Assembly (NCBI GenBank): GCA_017453865.1
Contig: JAFTEC010000003.1
Coordinates: 7,906 to 71,905, forward strand
Direction of reading: 5' to 3'
DNA: 64,000 bases
DNA from: Lachnospiraceae bacterium
GTDB lineage: Bacteria; Bacillota; Clostridia; Lachnospirales; Lachnospiraceae
Shown here: positions 61,138 through 64,000 of the stretch, piece after piece
How the letters are laid out: every line of letters begins with the position of its first letter
Position numbering within the stretch: position 1 is the stretch's first letter
Notes under the pieces: generated by a model
Databases searched by the model: none
What the model was told of the DNA's origin: nothing
The model's input: only the letters and a program-made list of their open reading frames with translations
Position numbers and translations under genes: made by a program

Positions 61138-61987
61138 AAGTGCCGGAGGCGGTACCGCCGCAGTGATCAGAAAATATGATGTCAGGGCTCAGAAAAAATA
61201 CGGCCAGAATTTTTTAAGGGATGAGAATGTGCTGCGGCGTATAGTTGAGGCTTCGGAGGTCACAAAGGAGGATACGGTACTGGAGATCGGTCCCGGAACC
61301 GGAGCATTAACGGCTTTCCTAAGTGAAAGCGCGGGAGAGGTAATAGCGGTCGAGATAGATAAGAAGCTTATTCCTGTGCTGGAGGAAAGCGTAGGGCAGC
61401 GGGAAAACGTCCGTATAATCAACGCTGACATACTGAAGACCGACATAAGAGAGCTGCTTATCGGAAGGGAACAGGGCGGCTGTATCAGGGTCGTTGCCAA
61501 TCTGCCTTATTATATTACGACTCCGGTTATTATGGGGCTCCTTGAATCAGAGGCTCCGATAGACAGCATGACGGTCATGGTACAGAAGGAGGTGGCAGAC
61601 AGGATGCTCTCACTTCCCGGGAAAAAGACCTACGGGGCGCTGTCTCTTGCGGTTTCGTATCATACCGAGGCAAGGGCGGTTATGGAGGTTCCACCGGAGT
61701 GCTTTATTCCGAGGCCAAAGGTTTCCTCAACCGTTATGCATCTGAAGGTCAGGAGGGAGCCGCCGGTCAGGGCAGCAGACGAGAAGCTTCTTTTCGACAT
61801 TATCAGGGCATCCTTTAATCAGCGCAGGAAAACTCTTGCGAACGGGCTGAAAAACTATCCCGGGATCACCTGTTCCATGGATAGAATTGTCGAAGCCATT
61901 GAGCTTCTCGGAAAGGGGACGACTGTAAGAGGAGAACAGCTTTCTCTGGAGGAATTTGCAAGGTTGTCGGATTTATTGGGAAAGTGA
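61130..61987 (+). CDS. rsmA: 16S rRNA adenine dimethyltransferase
   Basis: KKYGQNFL, LEIGPGTG, ANLPYYITTP, MVQKEVA, QRRKTL. Confidence 0.96.
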   Translation: MDRSAGGGTAAVIRKYDVRAQKKYGQNFLRDENVLRRIVEASEVTKEDTVLEIGPGTGALTAFLSESAGEVIAVEIDKKLIPVLEESVGQRENVRIINADILKTDIRELLIGREQGGCIRVVANLPYYITTPVIMGLLESEAPIDSMTVMVQKEVADRMLSLPGKKTYGALSLAVSYHTEARAVMEVPPECFIPRPKVSSTVMHLKVRREPPVRAADEKLLFDIIRASFNQRRKTLANGLKNYPGITCSMDRIVEAIELLGKGTTVRGEQLSLEEFARLSDLLGK

Positions 61988-62032
61988 TATACTTTCTTTT
62001 GTGCGGTTGAGCCGTGCATATAAAGGAGAGCT

Positions 62033-62091
62033 GTAACTATTCAGAACAGTCACTTGCGGAACCGCAAGTGACGTATGAAAACCAAGGCATT
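62033..62091 (+). repeat. GTAACTATTCAG-family repeat, short single-hairpin copy
   Basis: Head plus GTCACTTGCGGAACCGCAAGTGAC hairpin plus ATGAAAACC..GGCATT tail shared with the 27302 copy. Confidence 0.85.
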
Positions 62092-62119
62092 ACGGAGAAT
62101 TTATGGAGGGAGAGATAAA

Positions 62120-64000
62120 ATGTCAAAATTCAAGGTAAGGACGCAGCTTCTTATTATGGCGCTGGTAACGATTATCATTATGGGAGCGGTGCTTCTGATT
62201 ATCAGCTACAGATCCATAACGGATAAGGCCATGGAGGATGCGGGTCTCCAGAATATGCTTACCTGCCGCCAGATAGAAGCGGAGTTTTCCGGGACTCTGG
62301 AGGAGAATTTTGCGGCGATCGATGCAGTGGCAGCATCGCCGGAGGTAAAGATGTTTTTGTCCGGAGAGAATTTTGACGGACTGGAAGGGGATATCATTTA
62401 CTACTTGAACGTGGTGAATGACCACTTTGGAGACGGTAATGTCATAGCGGTATCCGATACCTCCGGACAGCAGCTCTTCCGGACAAAGGGAGACTGTGTG
62501 AATGTGGCGGACAGGGATTATTTTAAAGAGGCAATGGCGGGAAAGCACTTTGCTTCCGATATGATAGTCAGCAAGTCCAGCGGCAGCCGCATAATGACTT
62601 TGTCGACACCGGTATATAACGGAGACGGAACGGACGTCATCGGTATTGTTCAGAGGAATGTGGATCTGGAGTATCTGCATGATTTCCTGGCGGGAGCTAC
62701 GTCGGACGGCTTCCTAGCGGACAGTAAGGGTATAGTAGCCGCACATTCCCAGTATTCGATCGAACCGGGAGATGAGGACGACAGGAGCAAGTCCCGGTTT
62801 ATGACCTCCGGACTGGATGAGGGTACATACACCGCTGATACAGGCAGGGGATATACTGCTATGATGGCATATATGAAGGAGCCTGTATCCGGATGGAGGG
62901 TAGTCAACGCCATTAACCTTAAAGATGCTACGGCTCATGCGAGATCCAGCGCCATTGTGATCGCAGTTATCGGAGTTATTCTTATCATACTTGCGGTGAT
63001 CGTTGTCCTTGTCATCGCACAGTCCTTTGTGATGCCGATTAACGCAATCAATAAAAGCCTTTCTGCCTTTGCAGAGGGTGAGTTTAAGGAGATCAGGGGA
63101 TATGCGGGACGTAGGGATGAATTCGGAAATATCGTTGATAATACCAACAGCGTCCTGGATCATGTCAGGGGAGTGGTGACGGATCTGAAAAATGTCATGA
63201 ATTCCTTAAGCGAGTCGTCCCAGGCTCTTGCGGAAACTGCCGGACAGATAAGCCAGACCACCGATGATGTGTCCGAAGCGGTACAGGAGGTTGCAAAGGG
63301 CGCTACCGAGCAGGCAGATACTATCCAGAGAGCAACGGAAAATATCGTAACACTTTCCGATGCCATACAGAATGTTGCCAATAATGCCGAGACTCTTGCG
63401 TCGACAGCATCATCAATGAACGACTCCAGTACCTCTTCCGCAGATGCACTGACCAGGCTTTCTGCAAATATGGACAATATGAGTGCCGCAATGCAGGAGA
63501 TCACGGATGGAATGAATGCCACAAATGCGGCGGTTCACGCGGTTAATGAAAGGGTTGACGGCATAACCTCCATTGCTTCACAGACAAACCTTCTCGCCCT
63601 CAATGCTTCCATTGAAGCGGCAAGAGCGGGAGAAGCAGGCCGCGGTTTTGCGGTTGTGGCTGAGGAGATAGGGAAGCTTGCCACAGAGTCCGCCCAGACA
63701 GCGGAGGAGATAAGGAGCGAGATGACAAAGCTCCTTAGCCAGTCCAAAAACGCTATTACAAAGACCGGAGAGGTTACGGAGATCGGAAACAGCGTAAACG
63801 AGGTTCTCCACAACACGGTCAATACGATAAATGAGCTGATAAGCGGTGTGGGATCCACTGTTGACGGGGTATCCACCATTTCCGGACTTTCTGAGGAAAG
63901 TGCCGCCAGCAAGACCATAATCGTGGATGCCATGGATTCACTTTCCGCCATATCACAGGAGAATGCAGCATCTACAGAAGAGACCAGTGCATCCATGCAG
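62120..64000 (+). CDS. Methyl-accepting chemotaxis protein with Cache-like sensor and HAMP domain (3'-truncated; not in ORF track)
   Basis: ATG 62120 after GGAGG; [13 protein letters not shown]1, [10 protein letters not shown]2, [38 protein letters not shown]; no stop before the window edge. Confidence 0.95.
   Translation, partial: MSKFKVRTQLLIMALVTIIIMGAVLLIISYRSITDKAMEDAGLQNMLTCRQIEAEFSGTLEENFAAIDAVAASPEVKMFLSGENFDGLEGDIIYYLNVVNDHFGDGNVIAVSDTSGQQLFRTKGDCVNVADRDYFKEAMAGKHFASDMIVSKSSGSRIMTLSTPVYNGDGTDVIGIVQRNVDLEYLHDFLAGATSDGFLADSKGIVAAHSQYSIEPGDEDDRSKSRFMTSGLDEGTYTADTGRGYTAMMAYMKEPVSGWRVVNAINLKDATAHARSSAIVIAVIGVILIILAVIVVLVIAQSFVMPINAINKSLSAFAEGEFKEIRGYAGRRDEFGNIVDNTNSVLDHVRGVVTDLKNVMNSLSESSQALAETAGQISQTTDDVSEAVQEVAKGATEQADTIQRATENIVTLSDAIQNVANNAETLASTASSMNDSSTSSADALTRLSANMDNMSAAMQEITDGMNATNAAVHAVNERVDGITSIASQTNLLALNASIEAARAGEAGRGFAVVAEEIGKLATESAQTAEEIRSEMTKLLSQSKNAITKTGEVTEIGNSVNEVLHNTVNTINELISGVGSTVDGVSTISGLSEESAASKTIIVDAMDSLSAISQENAASTEETSASMQ

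Noticed and set aside
27302-62091. Repeated palindromic motifs as a CRISPR array or integron attC sites
   Set aside because: Copies are dispersed, of variable length and orientation, with no regular spacers, cas genes or integrase.
61988-62119. c-di-GMP riboswitch before the chemoreceptor
   Set aside because: No GEMM-type motif seen; the hairpin belongs to the GTAACTATTCAG repeat family.
62123-63996. Several minus-strand ORFs at the window end
   Set aside because: Shadows of the + strand chemoreceptor, which the track omitted because it lacks a stop codon in the window.

Overview
Chromosomal window from a Firmicute, very likely Lachnospiraceae (lineage-type insertion in RpoB, gene content, intergenic repeat families). 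Order: 3' part of rpoB and all of rpoC; a ~28 kb cell-envelope glycan locus (MBOAT/SGNH acylation pair, rmlBAC without rmlD, GH25 muramidase, Wzm/Wzt exporter, a methyltransferase-kinase fusion, many GT2s, phosphoglucomutase, GT-C/GT2/GtrA module, esterase, kinase cassette, priming phosphotransferase); housekeeping genes (M18 aminopeptidase, YerC-like, pcrA, glmS, LCP); an Rpn/PD-(D/E)XK gene; a FAS II operon lacking fabD/accB/accC; a diguanylate cyclase; folT-folC; an SPFH protein; a UDP-sugar pyrophosphorylase; an ECF S component; tatD; rsmA; and a truncated chemoreceptor. The ORF track gives the wrong strand for glmS and the GGDEF gene (both are minus), and misses a 56-aa zinc-ribbon ORF and the terminal MCP. 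Most notable: (1) a modular, covarying palindromic repeat family whose two long copies bracket a three-gene glycan-modification cassette in inverted orientation; (2) a WbdD-like cap/ruler/export module; (3) an Rpn gene with a likely internally translated 48-aa product; (4) a 157-bp hairpin MITE with TTA duplication at the rpoB stop codon. All calls are by eye; no database searches were run.
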